Positions 38,636-48,261 of a DNA stretch of 64,000 nt are shown in pieces. Every line of letters begins with the position of its first letter. The first letter of the stretch is position 1. Position numbers and translations under genes: made by a program. The stretch spans positions 1,184,001 to 1,248,000 of the forward strand of contig JBEPYO010000001.1 of assembly GCA_041641295.1 (NCBI GenBank). Direction: 5' to 3'. This stretch comes from Nitrososphaerota archaeon. Lineage in GTDB: Archaea > Thermoproteota > Nitrososphaeria_A > Caldarchaeales > Calditenuaceae. The notes below the pieces were generated by a model. It ran no database searches. It was not told the DNA's origin and saw nothing but the letters and a program-made list of their open reading frames with translations.

Positions 38636-39949
38636 TTGAGCCTGCCTTGGACCGAGAAGTATAGGCCGAGGCGCGTGGCCGAGGTTGTAGGCAACGAGGA
38701 GGCTAAGAAGCAGTTTGAGGAGTGGATGAGGAGCTGGGAGAAGGGTAATCCATCGACCAAGGCAGCCCTGCTGGTCGGCCCCCCAGGCACCGGCAAAACA
38801 TCTCTCGTATTAGCCTACGCGTCTGAGCATGGCTACGACGTTGTGGAGGTAAACGCGAGTGATGAGAGGAGCTCTGAGAAGCTGAAGGCGATTGTGGGAG
38901 AGTCTGCGCGTCAGACCACGCTGGGTGGGACTAGGAAGAGGATAATTCTGCTGGATGAGGTTGATGGGATTGCGGGTAGGGAGGCGGCCGGCGGCATAGC
39001 CACCCTAGCCTCGATAATAAAGTCGACGCGAACCCCCATTGTAATGGTTGCCAACGATCCTTGGAGCCCCCGGCTGGCTCCGCTGAGGGAGAGTGCCCTA
39101 ATGATAAAGTTCAACAAGCTCAGGCAGCGGGAAATAGTCTCTCACCTCAAGAGGATACTGGAGTCGGAGGGAGTCCGCATTGACGAGGGGATTGTGGCCG
39201 AGATAGCGAGGCGCAGCGAAGGGGATATGAGAAGCGCAATAAATGATGCCCAAATCCTCGTCTCGACAGGTGGTGCAGCTGAGTCACTACTAGCCACTCT
39301 TGGGCTTAGAGATAGGCAGAAGACCTCCTTCGAGGTCTTGGCAGAGATCTTCGGCTCAACTTCGGCCGCGTCGGGTAGAGCCTCGGTTCAGGGCTCAGAC
39401 ATGGAGATAGAGGACATCATTACTTGGGTGTACGACAATATCTTAAACCAGATACATAATCCGCAGGCCATTGCCGACGTCTTTAAACTGCTGGCTGATG
39501 CAGACCTGCACTACTCTAGGGTTAAAAGGCTTCAGAGGTGGGAGCTTCTACGCTACGTTGCCCCCCTGCTAGGAGCAGGCCCCGGCGTTGTGAAGCACAT
39601 GTATGGCGAGAAGGGTGTGAAGTTCGAGTTCCCCTCAACAATCAGATTCATGCAGCAGACTAGGGAACAGAGGGCCCTAATCCAGTCTGCACTAACAAAG
39701 ATAGCCGCGAAGACTAAGATGTCAAGAACTAAGGCGGCTAGCGAGATGCTGCCGTTCCTAGCGGAGATGCTCAGGAAGGGCGAGAAGGGTGTTGCGCGTT
39801 ACTTTGAGTTGTCAGACGAGGAGGTCAAGGCCTTAATCGGGCTCGGCGGCAGACAATTATCTGAGGGCGCCCCCGCTGCAAGGGCTGCACCTACAGAGGG
39901 GAGGACTACTCGCCCTCGGCAGACTCGAGGAGCGCGGAGATCTCCCTAA
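38636..39949 (+). CDS. rfcL: Replication factor C large subunit
   Basis: PWTEKYRP, GPPGTGKT, NASDER, LDEVDG and GDMRSAIND. Confidence 0.95.
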   Translation: MSLPWTEKYRPRRVAEVVGNEEAKKQFEEWMRSWEKGNPSTKAALLVGPPGTGKTSLVLAYASEHGYDVVEVNASDERSSEKLKAIVGESARQTTLGGTRKRIILLDEVDGIAGREAAGGIATLASIIKSTRTPIVMVANDPWSPRLAPLRESALMIKFNKLRQREIVSHLKRILESEGVRIDEGIVAEIARRSEGDMRSAINDAQILVSTGGAAESLLATLGLRDRQKTSFEVLAEIFGSTSAASGRASVQGSDMEIEDIITWVYDNILNQIHNPQAIADVFKLLADADLHYSRVKRLQRWELLRYVAPLLGAGPGVVKHMYGEKGVKFEFPSTIRFMQQTREQRALIQSALTKIAAKTKMSRTKAASEMLPFLAEMLRKGEKGVARYFELSDEEVKALIGLGGRQLSEGAPAARAAPTEGRTTRPRQTRGARRSP

Positions 39950-41057
39950 CCATAATCGATGCAGGGATCCCGGGGAGTGTTATGAAGCTCTTTCGCCCAT
40001 GAGACTCTCCCTTACCTATCTTAATCCTGATCAGGCCTAGGTCCTCTAGGCGCTGCATGTGCTCCCAAAACCTCGTATAGGCTCTTGCCGGGGCCTTAAA
40101 CTCCTCACAGACGACCTTGTATGCTTGATAGAGCTCGGTAGAGGAGATGTGTGACTTGCCGCTACTTAGCAGGAGCCGGGCCGCTGCTAGGAGGAGGAAC
40201 TTCTCATGCCTGGAGACGTATGTGAGAACCTCCCTCTTGATTGATGGATATATGCTCGCAGCCGCCTTCCTGACGTGCTCGGGAACCACTCTTGTCGTAC
40301 CCTCATTCTCCGCGTATTTACCAGCCCTCCAGAGGAGTTCGACGGCATATCTGGCATCACCCCTCTCCGACGCCATTTCAACTATGAGGTTCTTGGCCTC
40401 CTCAGTCATGACACCGGGATAGAAGGCCTCCGAGCACCTATACTCCACAATATCTGATAGCTGGCGGTGGTTGTACTCCTCCAAATAAATGACGCCGGCT
40501 TGAAATACCCCCCTCACACTCTCATCCATCTCCTCGAGAATCTCGGCATTCCTGCTGATCGCTATGACCGAGATTCTAGCCTCCTTGTCAGCCTCCTCTC
40601 CCAGACGAAGGAGGGTGTAGACTCCCCGCGGGTCAGAGTGTAGAAAGCCATCAAACTCGTCCAGCCCTACGACTGCAACCATTCTCTTCCTCTCCAGAAG
40701 ATCCACCAGCTTGGCTCCAAGCTCCTCCGCGGCGAGTCCGCGCGAAGGGATCGGCGCCCCAAGCGTCTCGACTACCTTCTTGAGGATGGAGCTGAGTGTT
40801 GTGTGTATTCTGCAGTTTATGTGGATGTATCTTGCTAGATTGCTGGACTCCTCGAGCTTGCGGCCGAAGAGCTTGCTCAATGCAGTCTTTCCCGTACCCA
40901 CAGCACCTACTATCAAGACCCTAACCGAGACTGCTGGGCGCCCAGACATGTAGCTGGAGAAAAATGTCTCGAGAAGGCTGAGCTCCTTCTCCCTGTGGGG
41001 GAGTCTCGGAGGCACATACTCGGGCGATAGCTTCTCTTCACTCTTAAAAATCCTCAA
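39906..41057 (-). CDS. cdc6: Cdc6/Orc1 family replication initiator
   Basis: LSPEYVP..LPHRE, GAVGTGKT, LDEFD, GDARYA and C-terminal wHTH. Confidence 0.94.
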   Translation of the reverse strand: MRIFKSEEKLSPEYVPPRLPHREKELSLLETFFSSYMSGRPAVSVRVLIVGAVGTGKTALSKLFGRKLEESSNLARYIHINCRIHTTLSSILKKVVETLGAPIPSRGLAAEELGAKLVDLLERKRMVAVVGLDEFDGFLHSDPRGVYTLLRLGEEADKEARISVIAISRNAEILEEMDESVRGVFQAGVIYLEEYNHRQLSDIVEYRCSEAFYPGVMTEEAKNLIVEMASERGDARYAVELLWRAGKYAENEGTTRVVPEHVRKAAASIYPSIKREVLTYVSRHEKFLLLAAARLLLSSGKSHISSTELYQAYKVVCEEFKAPARAYTRFWEHMQRLEDLGLIRIKIGKGESHGRKSFITLPGIPASIMVREISALLESAEGE

Positions 41058-41132
41058 TCTCCAGCCAACAAGCCCATCTCAACGGAGAATATTAAAGTGT
41101 TTAAAGAGAAATAGGCTTGGTACTGGACGTAG

Positions 41133-41423
41133 CTATTTTCTTAGAGGCTTCGAGGGAAGCTTCAGAAGGCTGCCCTGACCGAGGCCCGGCGGCAACCCCG
41201 ATGAGCCCTGCTCTCCGAAGACTACCACGAGCACGTCGCCTGCGCTATCGACTATCCTCCCTCTCCATGGATTGCCATTATAATCCTCATAGACAACCTC
41301 CTCGCCGATAAAAGCAGTGAGCTGGGATGGCTCTATAGGGGAGGTGGGCGAGGCTAGTATCCTCTCCTCCTCGTCAAACCCGACCACTATTGCGTCGATC
41401 CACTCAAACTCTTCATCAGACAT
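41133..41423 (-). CDS. Acidic small protein resembling the ribosomal eL33/L35Ae beta-barrel
   Basis: FIGEEVVYEDYNGNPWRGRIV...G..LVVVF....GLP aligns by eye with the L35Ae pattern LIG..V.W....G....G.IV..HG..G.V...F..GLP. Confidence 0.5.
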   Translation of the reverse strand: MSDEEFEWIDAIVVGFDEEERILASPTSPIEPSQLTAFIGEEVVYEDYNGNPWRGRIVDSAGDVLVVVFGEQGSSGLPPGLGQGSLLKLPSKPLRK

Positions 41424-41514
41424 GCGTGGGAAAAGCTTGCCTCCCCCATTTTTAAATCTGTCCTAAACCACCACCCCCAGATACTGCTATATTCCTCTAA
41501 CAGGGTTTCTCTGG

Positions 41515-42981
41515 GTGTGTGCAAAGTATTCCCTGGGCTCTGAGTTTAAGTTTGGTTTCTCTACGGTCGGTGTACAGCACGAGATGGGTGTCGCTGGCTC
41601 GGAGTTCAGCTCTGACTGGGTTGCCTGGCTTCATGATCCGGAGAACATTCTGGCTGGGATTGTGAGCGGTGACATGCCGGAGGATGGGCCGGGTTACTGG
41701 GGGCTCTTCAGGGAGGATCATGAGAGGGCGCGGCGGATTGGCATGGACGCGGCTTGGATAACGATTGAGTGGGCGAGAATATTCCCAAGGCCGACCTTTG
41801 ATGTGAAGGTCCCCGTAGAGAGAAGTGGTGGAGTCATAACCCGGGCCCTAGTTGAGAGGAGGCATCTGGAGGAGCTCGAGAAGCTGGCTGACATGCAGGC
41901 GCTAAACCACTACAGGGAGATACTCTCCGACTGGAGGAGTAGAGGCGGCCTCGCGGTCGCAAACCTCTTCCACTGGTCGCTGCCGCTCTGGCTCCACGAC
42001 CCCCTCAAAGTGAGGAAGCTTGGACCTGACCGGGCGCCGTCAGGCTGGGCTGATGAGAGGTGCGTAATAGAGTTCGCCAAGCTCTCAGCATTCCTAGCCC
42101 ACCACCTAGACGACGTAGTAGACATGTGGTATACGATGAACGAGCCGCTTGTCATCGCAAACGCGGGCTACCTACAAGTAAACTCTGGATTCCCGCCCGG
42201 ATACCTCGACCTCCAGACCTACATGACTGTCATCAAAAACCTCGAGATGGCTCATACAGTCGCCTATGATGCTGTAAAGAGCTACTCTAGGAAGCCTGTC
42301 GGAGTGGTGGAGTCGGTGGCCCACTGGACGCCCCTTACAAGGGAAGACCAGGCCGCGGCGGATAGAGGCTTCGAGTTTAACGTTGCGATATATGATGCCG
42401 CTGTGAAGGGGCTTGTGGGTGGGGAGGTTGTTGACGAGGCTCGAAATAGGCTTGACTGGATAGGTCTCAACTACTACTCGAGAATGGTTGTTAAGGCTGA
42501 GAGTGCGCTGCCAAGCGGGTTTAGGGTTGTTGGCGGCTATGGCTACGGCTGCCAGCCTAGAGCCTACTCGCTGGATGGGAGGCCGACTAGTGATTTCGGC
42601 TGGGAGGTCTACCCGGAGGGCCTCTACCACGTGGCCAAAAGGCTCTACGACCGGTATCGATTGCCAATCTACGTGACAGAGAATGGGTGTGCAGACTCCG
42701 AAGACCGTCTAAGACCAAGGTTCATTGTCTCACACCTATATCAGATATACCTCGCCAAGAAAGAGGGCGTGGATATACGGGGTTACTTTCACTGGAACCT
42801 CACTGACAACTTGGAGTGGGCGAAAGGGTACAGCATGAGGTTCGGCCTCTTCGAGGTCGACATGTCTTCGAAGAAGAGATTCGCTAGGCCTAGCGCCTTG
42901 GTCTTCAGGGAAGTTGCCACGTCTAAGGCTATACCTGAAGAGTTTGAGAACATGGCTCAGCCCCCCATCGAGAAGAAATAG
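41515..42981 (+). CDS. Glycoside hydrolase family 1 beta-glycosidase (LacS/CelB-like)
   Basis: QHEMG, EWARIFP, HWSLPLW, TMNEP (acid/base), YVTENG (nucleophile) and DNLEW..G...RFGL. Confidence 0.95.
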   Translation: MCAKYSLGSEFKFGFSTVGVQHEMGVAGSEFSSDWVAWLHDPENILAGIVSGDMPEDGPGYWGLFREDHERARRIGMDAAWITIEWARIFPRPTFDVKVPVERSGGVITRALVERRHLEELEKLADMQALNHYREILSDWRSRGGLAVANLFHWSLPLWLHDPLKVRKLGPDRAPSGWADERCVIEFAKLSAFLAHHLDDVVDMWYTMNEPLVIANAGYLQVNSGFPPGYLDLQTYMTVIKNLEMAHTVAYDAVKSYSRKPVGVVESVAHWTPLTREDQAAADRGFEFNVAIYDAAVKGLVGGEVVDEARNRLDWIGLNYYSRMVVKAESALPSGFRVVGGYGYGCQPRAYSLDGRPTSDFGWEVYPEGLYHVAKRLYDRYRLPIYVTENGCADSEDRLRPRFIVSHLYQIYLAKKEGVDIRGYFHWNLTDNLEWAKGYSMRFGLFEVDMSSKKRFARPSALVFREVATSKAIPEEFENMAQPPIEKK

Positions 42982-43016
42982 ACGCATCACCCGGTCATTG
43001 CTTGTTAGACTTTTAT

Positions 43017-43343
43017 CTAGGGCTGTTCGCTGGTCCACTCACTCATCAGCCTGTCGTACCAAGAGTCTTCTTCCTCGATCTCCTCGTATAGCTTCTCTCT
43101 CCGCGCGATCTCTAGGGCGTCTAGGTGGTAGCACCTAGGCTTCTGCTTGTGTAGGACCCTGAAATAGAAGTCATCACAGCTGCAGTATGGTGCCTCTGGG
43201 AGGAGGAGATAGTCCCTCTCCCTCCCGACCACCACCCACCTAACCCTCCCGCTAGGCTTGAAGACGTACCGCTTGACCCTCCCACTCTCAGCCAATACGC
43301 GCGGAGCCTCTATGCTACTACCAGAGCTCTCCCGATCTGACAT
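43017..43343 (-). CDS. SWIM zinc-finger protein
   Basis: YCSCDDFYFR.....PRCYH; start taken at ATG 43343. Confidence 0.85.
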   Translation of the reverse strand: MSDRESSGSSIEAPRVLAESGRVKRYVFKPSGRVRWVVVGRERDYLLLPEAPYCSCDDFYFRVLHKQKPRCYHLDALEIARREKLYEEIEEEDSWYDRLMSEWTSEQP

Positions 43344-44127
43344 ACCAATCGACACTCCCGAGCCTCGCCCCATCAAGTGTCAGGACGCTCGCATCGTTAA
43401 GACTGAATATCTCACTTCTAAGCAGGGGACTAACACCCCTACCACCCCTTAGGAGCTGGGAGAGCTCCACACCTTGTAGAGCATTGTTAAAGTGAGGCAT
43501 GACAAGGAGGATAACCTGCCCTCTTCGCCTCGCTGTGGAGACCCCACCCATTTTACTAGCAATCGTCTTGAAGACCCTGCTCCTCGGCGCTTTCATCATC
43601 AGGAACACCTTCCGCCTCGAGCCCGGGCCCCTCGCCAAACTAATCACAGGATGTGTATGCCCTATTATTATGATCTTAGCATCGGCCGCTTGGGGCGGTG
43701 GCCAGCAGTGGCCGTGAAGCATCCACGCATCGCCGATCCTCACCCCGCGCCCCGAGACCACCTTAGCCATCCCTCCCGCAAGGCTCATTATGCCTGCATC
43801 ATGGTTTCCAGGCGTGATTATGACCTCCTCTACCCGCTCCTTAACGGCCTGTAATAGGTCCACCACCTGTCTAGACTCTCTCCAGCTCACTCCTGCCACC
43901 CTGTGCTTCACGTCTCCCAGAAGTATCAAGGTGTCAGGGCTATGGCTCTCCAAAAGTCTCAGAAGACGCTCCAGGATGTTGGGGAGCTGGTTGGGGAAGT
44001 GTATGCCATCACGCGCAAGCTCCACCTCATATCCGAGGTGAAGGTCAGAGACAATCAGATATTTACCTCCACCGCTCTCTAAAACTAGCGCCGCGTCATC
44101 TCCAGCGAAGTCCAGCCTCACCGCCAA
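43318..44127 (-). CDS. Calcineurin-like metallophosphoesterase (COG1407/MPE-like)
   Basis: SDLHLG, GDVKH, GNHD, HGH, GHTHP and MPHFN. Confidence 0.9.
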   Translation of the reverse strand: MAVRLDFAGDDAALVLESGGGKYLIVSDLHLGYEVELARDGIHFPNQLPNILERLLRLLESHSPDTLILLGDVKHRVAGVSWRESRQVVDLLQAVKERVEEVIITPGNHDAGIMSLAGGMAKVVSGRGVRIGDAWMLHGHCWPPPQAADAKIIIIGHTHPVISLARGPGSRRKVFLMMKAPRSRVFKTIASKMGGVSTARRRGQVILLVMPHFNNALQGVELSQLLRGGRGVSPLLRSEIFSLNDASVLTLDGARLGSVDWYVRSGELW

Positions 44128-44157
44128 ATAGTTTGATACGCTGGGGATGGTTTATTT

Positions 44158-45288
44158 CTAGCGTTTCTGAAGCTCTGCAAGCCTCTCGGGCAGGAAGTCC
44201 TTCACTATGAACTCCAGCCCATATCTAGAGAAGGCCTCCAGCTCGGCCTTACGCTTAATCTTTCCGAAGAACTGGACCTCACGCCTCCACGGGTCCACAG
44301 TATACCGCGGGTCCTGCTCAAGCTCCTTGAGCCTCTTAAGGTCCTGCTCCGTCAGCCTCATCGCAGGCAGCCTATACTTCGTGATGTCTGTAGCATACAC
44401 TCCCGCCCAAATGGCGTCTGGGACGTTTATCTGCCTAATGTGTGCAGAAAGGGCTGACCCGTGGATGAGTACGCTGGCTATGTGGACACCGTAAGGGTCT
44501 GCGTCTGTAAATATGTATACTGGCAGATTCAGCTCCTCTCTGAGTCGTCTTATGAGTTTTCTACAGTTCCTGGGCGACTGTCCCGCCGTATGTATGAGGA
44601 GCGCCTTGAACTTCTTATCAGCCCTCTCCTCGACAAACCTGCTGAACACTGCGCCCTTCTCTATCACGAAGACCTGCTCCGCTCCGCATTTCACAAACTC
44701 GGCCGTCGTCAGTGCAGGTCCAATCGCGTAGCCGTCGGGGTGGGTGGAAAGGTCGACCCTCTGACCCCTAAACCCTGGTATCGTATACTCAATCACTAGG
44801 TCGCCGTATATTGAGGCCCTCTCTTCTGGGAAGATGTTCATGTCCTCTCTTGGATGGTTGATGAGGCTCTCCACCTCCATGATTATCTCGTCGCTCTCGT
44901 CTTGGGACTCGAAGTCTATCCCCTCACCTATCGCGACATAGTAGGTGTCTCTGAGGGTTGATGTCTTACCGCTTGTTAAGAGCTGTTTGGCGAATTTGGA
45001 CACCCAGATGAGCTGGGCGAATGGTCTCAGATGCCTGATGTTTGCCAAAGTCCTCTCAGCCTTCTTCGAGCCTAGGATGTATTGGCGGAGGCTGGGGTCG
45101 TAGACTATGTTCTTGGTGCTTCTCACAGGGAGGTAGAGGGTTGGCCAATCACCTCTGTTGAGGGTTTCCACGACCTCCTCTCCTATCTTCTTCAGCTTGG
45201 CTAAGACCGCTTTTTTCACTTCGTCCGACTTGTAGTGTTGCTCCACCCTCGCCCCAGTCTCAGCAGCCTCGCCACGCTTCTTGGGCAC
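44158..45288 (-). CDS. top6A: DNA topoisomerase VI subunit A (Spo11 family)
   Basis: STLRDTYY (catalytic Tyr), Q.ESD, IEKGAVF, TDADPYG and KAELEA. Confidence 0.95.
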   Translation of the reverse strand: MPKKRGEAAETGARVEQHYKSDEVKKAVLAKLKKIGEEVVETLNRGDWPTLYLPVRSTKNIVYDPSLRQYILGSKKAERTLANIRHLRPFAQLIWVSKFAKQLLTSGKTSTLRDTYYVAIGEGIDFESQDESDEIIMEVESLINHPREDMNIFPEERASIYGDLVIEYTIPGFRGQRVDLSTHPDGYAIGPALTTAEFVKCGAEQVFVIEKGAVFSRFVEERADKKFKALLIHTAGQSPRNCRKLIRRLREELNLPVYIFTDADPYGVHIASVLIHGSALSAHIRQINVPDAIWAGVYATDITKYRLPAMRLTEQDLKRLKELEQDPRYTVDPWRREVQFFGKIKRKAELEAFSRYGLEFIVKDFLPERLAELQKR

Positions 45289-45348
45289 GAGTATCTAATG
45301 TATGGGGCTCCTAATTAACAAAATTCAAGGAATAGCCATCCCATACTC

Positions 45349-46824
45349 TTATCTCAGATATGCGGCTAGCTGGAAAACGATCGAGAGGAAAGGCGAGGCA
45401 TAGACACCTATCAGGACGCATAGAGCAGCTAGGACTAGGAGGGGGGCAAGCATAGATGGCCCGGCCTCGTGTCCGGCTGAGGACTTCGGGGTCTCAGGCT
45501 TTAGGAAGAGTGTCTGGACAACCCTTAGATGGTACATTGCCCCTATGATGACGTTTATCAGCATTATCGCGCCTGGCACAAAGTGGCCTGCCGAGAAGGC
45601 GGCCAAAATAATGGCATACTCGCTTACGAAGGAGTTCAGCCCGGGGATGCCTGCGAGGCTGAAGGCCCCTATAGAATATGTTGCGGCTGAGAGTGGCATC
45701 TTTCTACCAACCCCAGATAGCTCGTCCAAGTTCCTCGTACCTGTCGACTCTATGAGGCAGCCGGCAGAGAGGAAGAGCAGGGCCTTAGCGAGCGCGTGAT
45801 TCAGCACATGCAGGAGTGCTCCAGCCAACGCCAGAGGAGTATTAATGCTAAGCGCAAGAACAATATAGCCTATGTTCGCTATGCTGCTGAAGGCTAGAAG
45901 CCGCTTAATATCGCTCTGCAGAGCGGCCATAAGATTGCCAATACTCATGGTTAACAGTGCCAGAGCCATAAGGCCGCTCCCCCACCCATACATCTCAGAG
46001 GGATACAGGAGAGTAAAAACGCGAACCATTGCGAAGACACCTGTCTTAATCACAACCCCTGACAGCATGGCGCTAATCGGGCTGGGTGCCGCCGGATGCG
46101 CGTCTGGAAGCCAGTAATGGAATGGAGACATGGCTATGTTGACTCCCAGCCCACCCACAATCAGGACAAGCGCCGCAATGTTCCAGAGCTCGGATCTCAC
46201 ACTCTGACTTGCCAAGATGCTTGACAGGCCGCTGAAGGTAAGCGTCCCAGTCAAACCGTATAGAAGGGAGAGGCCAAAGAGGATGGCCGCCGAACCCGTC
46301 GAACTCATTATCAAGTATTTCAGCGACGCCTCGACCGCCTCCCACTCTCTATAGTTGAAGGCTACTAGAAGGTATGAGGAGATGCTCATGACCTCCCAGA
46401 AGATGAAGAAGGTGACAAAGTCGCCTGAAAAGAAGACGCCAACCATGCCTAAAACCATGATCAGGAGAAGGGTGTAGAACTCCGCTATCCTCTGCTTGAC
46501 ATATCCGAGGGAGTATATCGCCGATAAGAGCCCAATGCCAAGGATTATCGACGTGAAATAGTACGTGAGGCCGTCCGCCATAATAATCGAACCCTGCATC
46601 TGGTTGAGCCCTGTCGCCAGTGTTCCGGAGCGTACTGCCCTGTTGAGGCTATCCCAGAGCGTGTAGGCCAAGACCAGTGATACGTATACACCTATTATCC
46701 GTGGGGCCTTCAACACCCTCGCCAACACCATCAATACTGGCGAGATCAGCACAGCAGCTAGCAACAGACTCAGGATAGGGATACTCACAATCCCCGGGAT
46801 CAGTTCAGCCATGCTTGACACCAC
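45349..46824 (-). CDS. Proton-conducting membrane transporter (MrpD/NuoN/HyfB family)
   Basis: FWEVMS, EASLKY, PFHYWLPDAHPAAP, KRLLAFSS, HALAKALLF and GIPGLNSF.SE. Confidence 0.9.
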   Translation of the reverse strand: MVSSMAELIPGIVSIPILSLLLAAVLISPVLMVLARVLKAPRIIGVYVSLVLAYTLWDSLNRAVRSGTLATGLNQMQGSIIMADGLTYYFTSIILGIGLLSAIYSLGYVKQRIAEFYTLLLIMVLGMVGVFFSGDFVTFFIFWEVMSISSYLLVAFNYREWEAVEASLKYLIMSSTGSAAILFGLSLLYGLTGTLTFSGLSSILASQSVRSELWNIAALVLIVGGLGVNIAMSPFHYWLPDAHPAAPSPISAMLSGVVIKTGVFAMVRVFTLLYPSEMYGWGSGLMALALLTMSIGNLMAALQSDIKRLLAFSSIANIGYIVLALSINTPLALAGALLHVLNHALAKALLFLSAGCLIESTGTRNLDELSGVGRKMPLSAATYSIGAFSLAGIPGLNSFVSEYAIILAAFSAGHFVPGAIMLINVIIGAMYHLRVVQTLFLKPETPKSSAGHEAGPSMLAPLLVLAALCVLIGVYASPFLSIVFQLAAYLR

Positions 46825-46859
46825 TCATTTAGAACTGAAATTTATGGTTACCATACCTC

Positions 46860-47660
46860 TTAGGCCGACCTAGAGAAGAAGTCCATTCTACCTCCATCCA
46901 CCGAAATTACTTGGCCGGTGATGAATCCCGCCCTGTCAGAGGCCAAGAAGGCGACTACCTCGGCTATATCTTCGGGCTCACCTACCCTCCTCAAAGAGGT
47001 TATCGATTCCAGGTGCCTGATGGCAGCCTGCAGCTCTTCTGCAGGCCTATTCATCGTCATATCGGTCTTCGTGAAGCCTGGCGCTACGGCGTTCACCGTT
47101 ATCCCATACTCCCCAAGCTCGAATGCAAGCCTCTTGGTCAGAGTTATTATCGCCCCCTTAGTCATGGCGTAGTAGGTCGTGTTCCGCGAAGTTGTTCCCA
47201 AGGCCGATATCGAGGCTATATTGATGATTCTGCCATACCGCTGCCTCATCATGTGCTTGAGGCTCGCGGCTATACAATAGATGACCCCTTTGACATTTAC
47301 TTCGATCATCCTGTCAAGTATGCTAATGTCATCAAGCACTCCGCCTCGGATGAGGATTCCGGCGTTATTGACGAGTATGTCCAGCCTCCCGAAGGTCTCA
47401 ATAGTCTTCTCGACCATCGCCTCAACCTCCTCTTTCGACGAGACATCCGCCTTAACCGCTATCGCCTCTCCCCCACTCTCCACAATCCTAGAAACAACTC
47501 TATTTGCTGCTTCCACGCTCCTGCTATAGTTACAGACAACCTTAGCACCGCTAAGGCCAAGTTTAGTCGCAATCGCGGCACCTATCCCCCGCGAAGCACC
47601 AGTCACAAGGGCCACACGACCCTTCAGAGAATCGGAGGTCATCAGAACACCCGTAAACAC
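46860..47660 (-). CDS. Short-chain dehydrogenase/reductase (FabG-like)
   Basis: TGASRGIG, NNAG, YAMTK and VNAVAPG. Confidence 0.95.
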   Translation of the reverse strand: MFTGVLMTSDSLKGRVALVTGASRGIGAAIATKLGLSGAKVVCNYSRSVEAANRVVSRIVESGGEAIAVKADVSSKEEVEAMVEKTIETFGRLDILVNNAGILIRGGVLDDISILDRMIEVNVKGVIYCIAASLKHMMRQRYGRIINIASISALGTTSRNTTYYAMTKGAIITLTKRLAFELGEYGITVNAVAPGFTKTDMTMNRPAEELQAAIRHLESITSLRRVGEPEDIAEVVAFLASDRAGFITGQVISVDGGRMDFFSRSA

Positions 47661-47712
47661 TCCACGATTTATGTAATACGTATTTGTCTAAGCCCTCCAT
47701 CTATTTTATCAT

Positions 47713-48261
47713 ATGCGGTTCGGAATAGTGACTGCTATCATAACGCTCTCTGCCTATGCTGTGCTGGGTTTGGCACTCGCTCCTACCGGAGGTAGGGAGG
47801 GGTTTGCCTTAGTCCCGAGGGATGTGGCTTTATCCTTCCCCCACATCATAGCCGTAATCAATCTGGCTACGGTGGTTCTTCTCCAGCTGGGATATCGAAG
47901 CATCCGGGGTAGGAGGATATACAGGCACGCAGCCTTCATGGGCGCCTCCTTCACACTTATCGTCGCCTTCCTAGTCCTATACGTCTTGAAGGTCGCCACT
48001 CTTGGCCCCGAGGCCTACAAGGGCCCAGACATTCTACGAAACCTAGTATACCTACCCGCCCTAACAATACATCTAGCACTCTCCATGGTCTCTGTCCCAC
48101 TCGTAGTCTACAACGCCCTGACTGGACTCTGGCTCAGGACGCGGGCCGGGGTTTCGTATCACCGGCGTATAGGGCGAATAGCCTACCCTGCATGGACAGT
48201 CAGCCTAGCCCTCGGCCTACTCGTCTATGCTATGCTTCGGCTCCCAATTGCTGGGGGCTAG
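47713..48261 (+). CDS. DUF420 family membrane protein
   Basis: TM protein with H..FM, FLVLY, IH..LS and HRRIGR...PAW motifs. Confidence 0.82.
   Translation: MRFGIVTAIITLSAYAVLGLALAPTGGREGFALVPRDVALSFPHIIAVINLATVVLLQLGYRSIRGRRIYRHAAFMGASFTLIVAFLVLYVLKVATLGPEAYKGPDILRNLVYLPALTIHLALSMVSVPLVVYNALTGLWLRTRAGVSYHRRIGRIAYPAWTVSLALGLLVYAMLRLPIAGG

Noticed and set aside
39850-39949. RFC-L lacking a C-terminal PIP box and overlapping cdc6 by 44 bp
   Set aside because: Short or PIP-less tails and convergent overlaps are common in compact archaeal genomes.
41058-41132. Replication origin next to cdc6
   Set aside because: The spacer is only about 75 bp, with no ORB repeats or extended AT-rich unwinding element.
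46911-47795. 294-aa plus-strand ORF
   Set aside because: Antisense to the SDR gene and overlaps DUF420; no recognisable domain.
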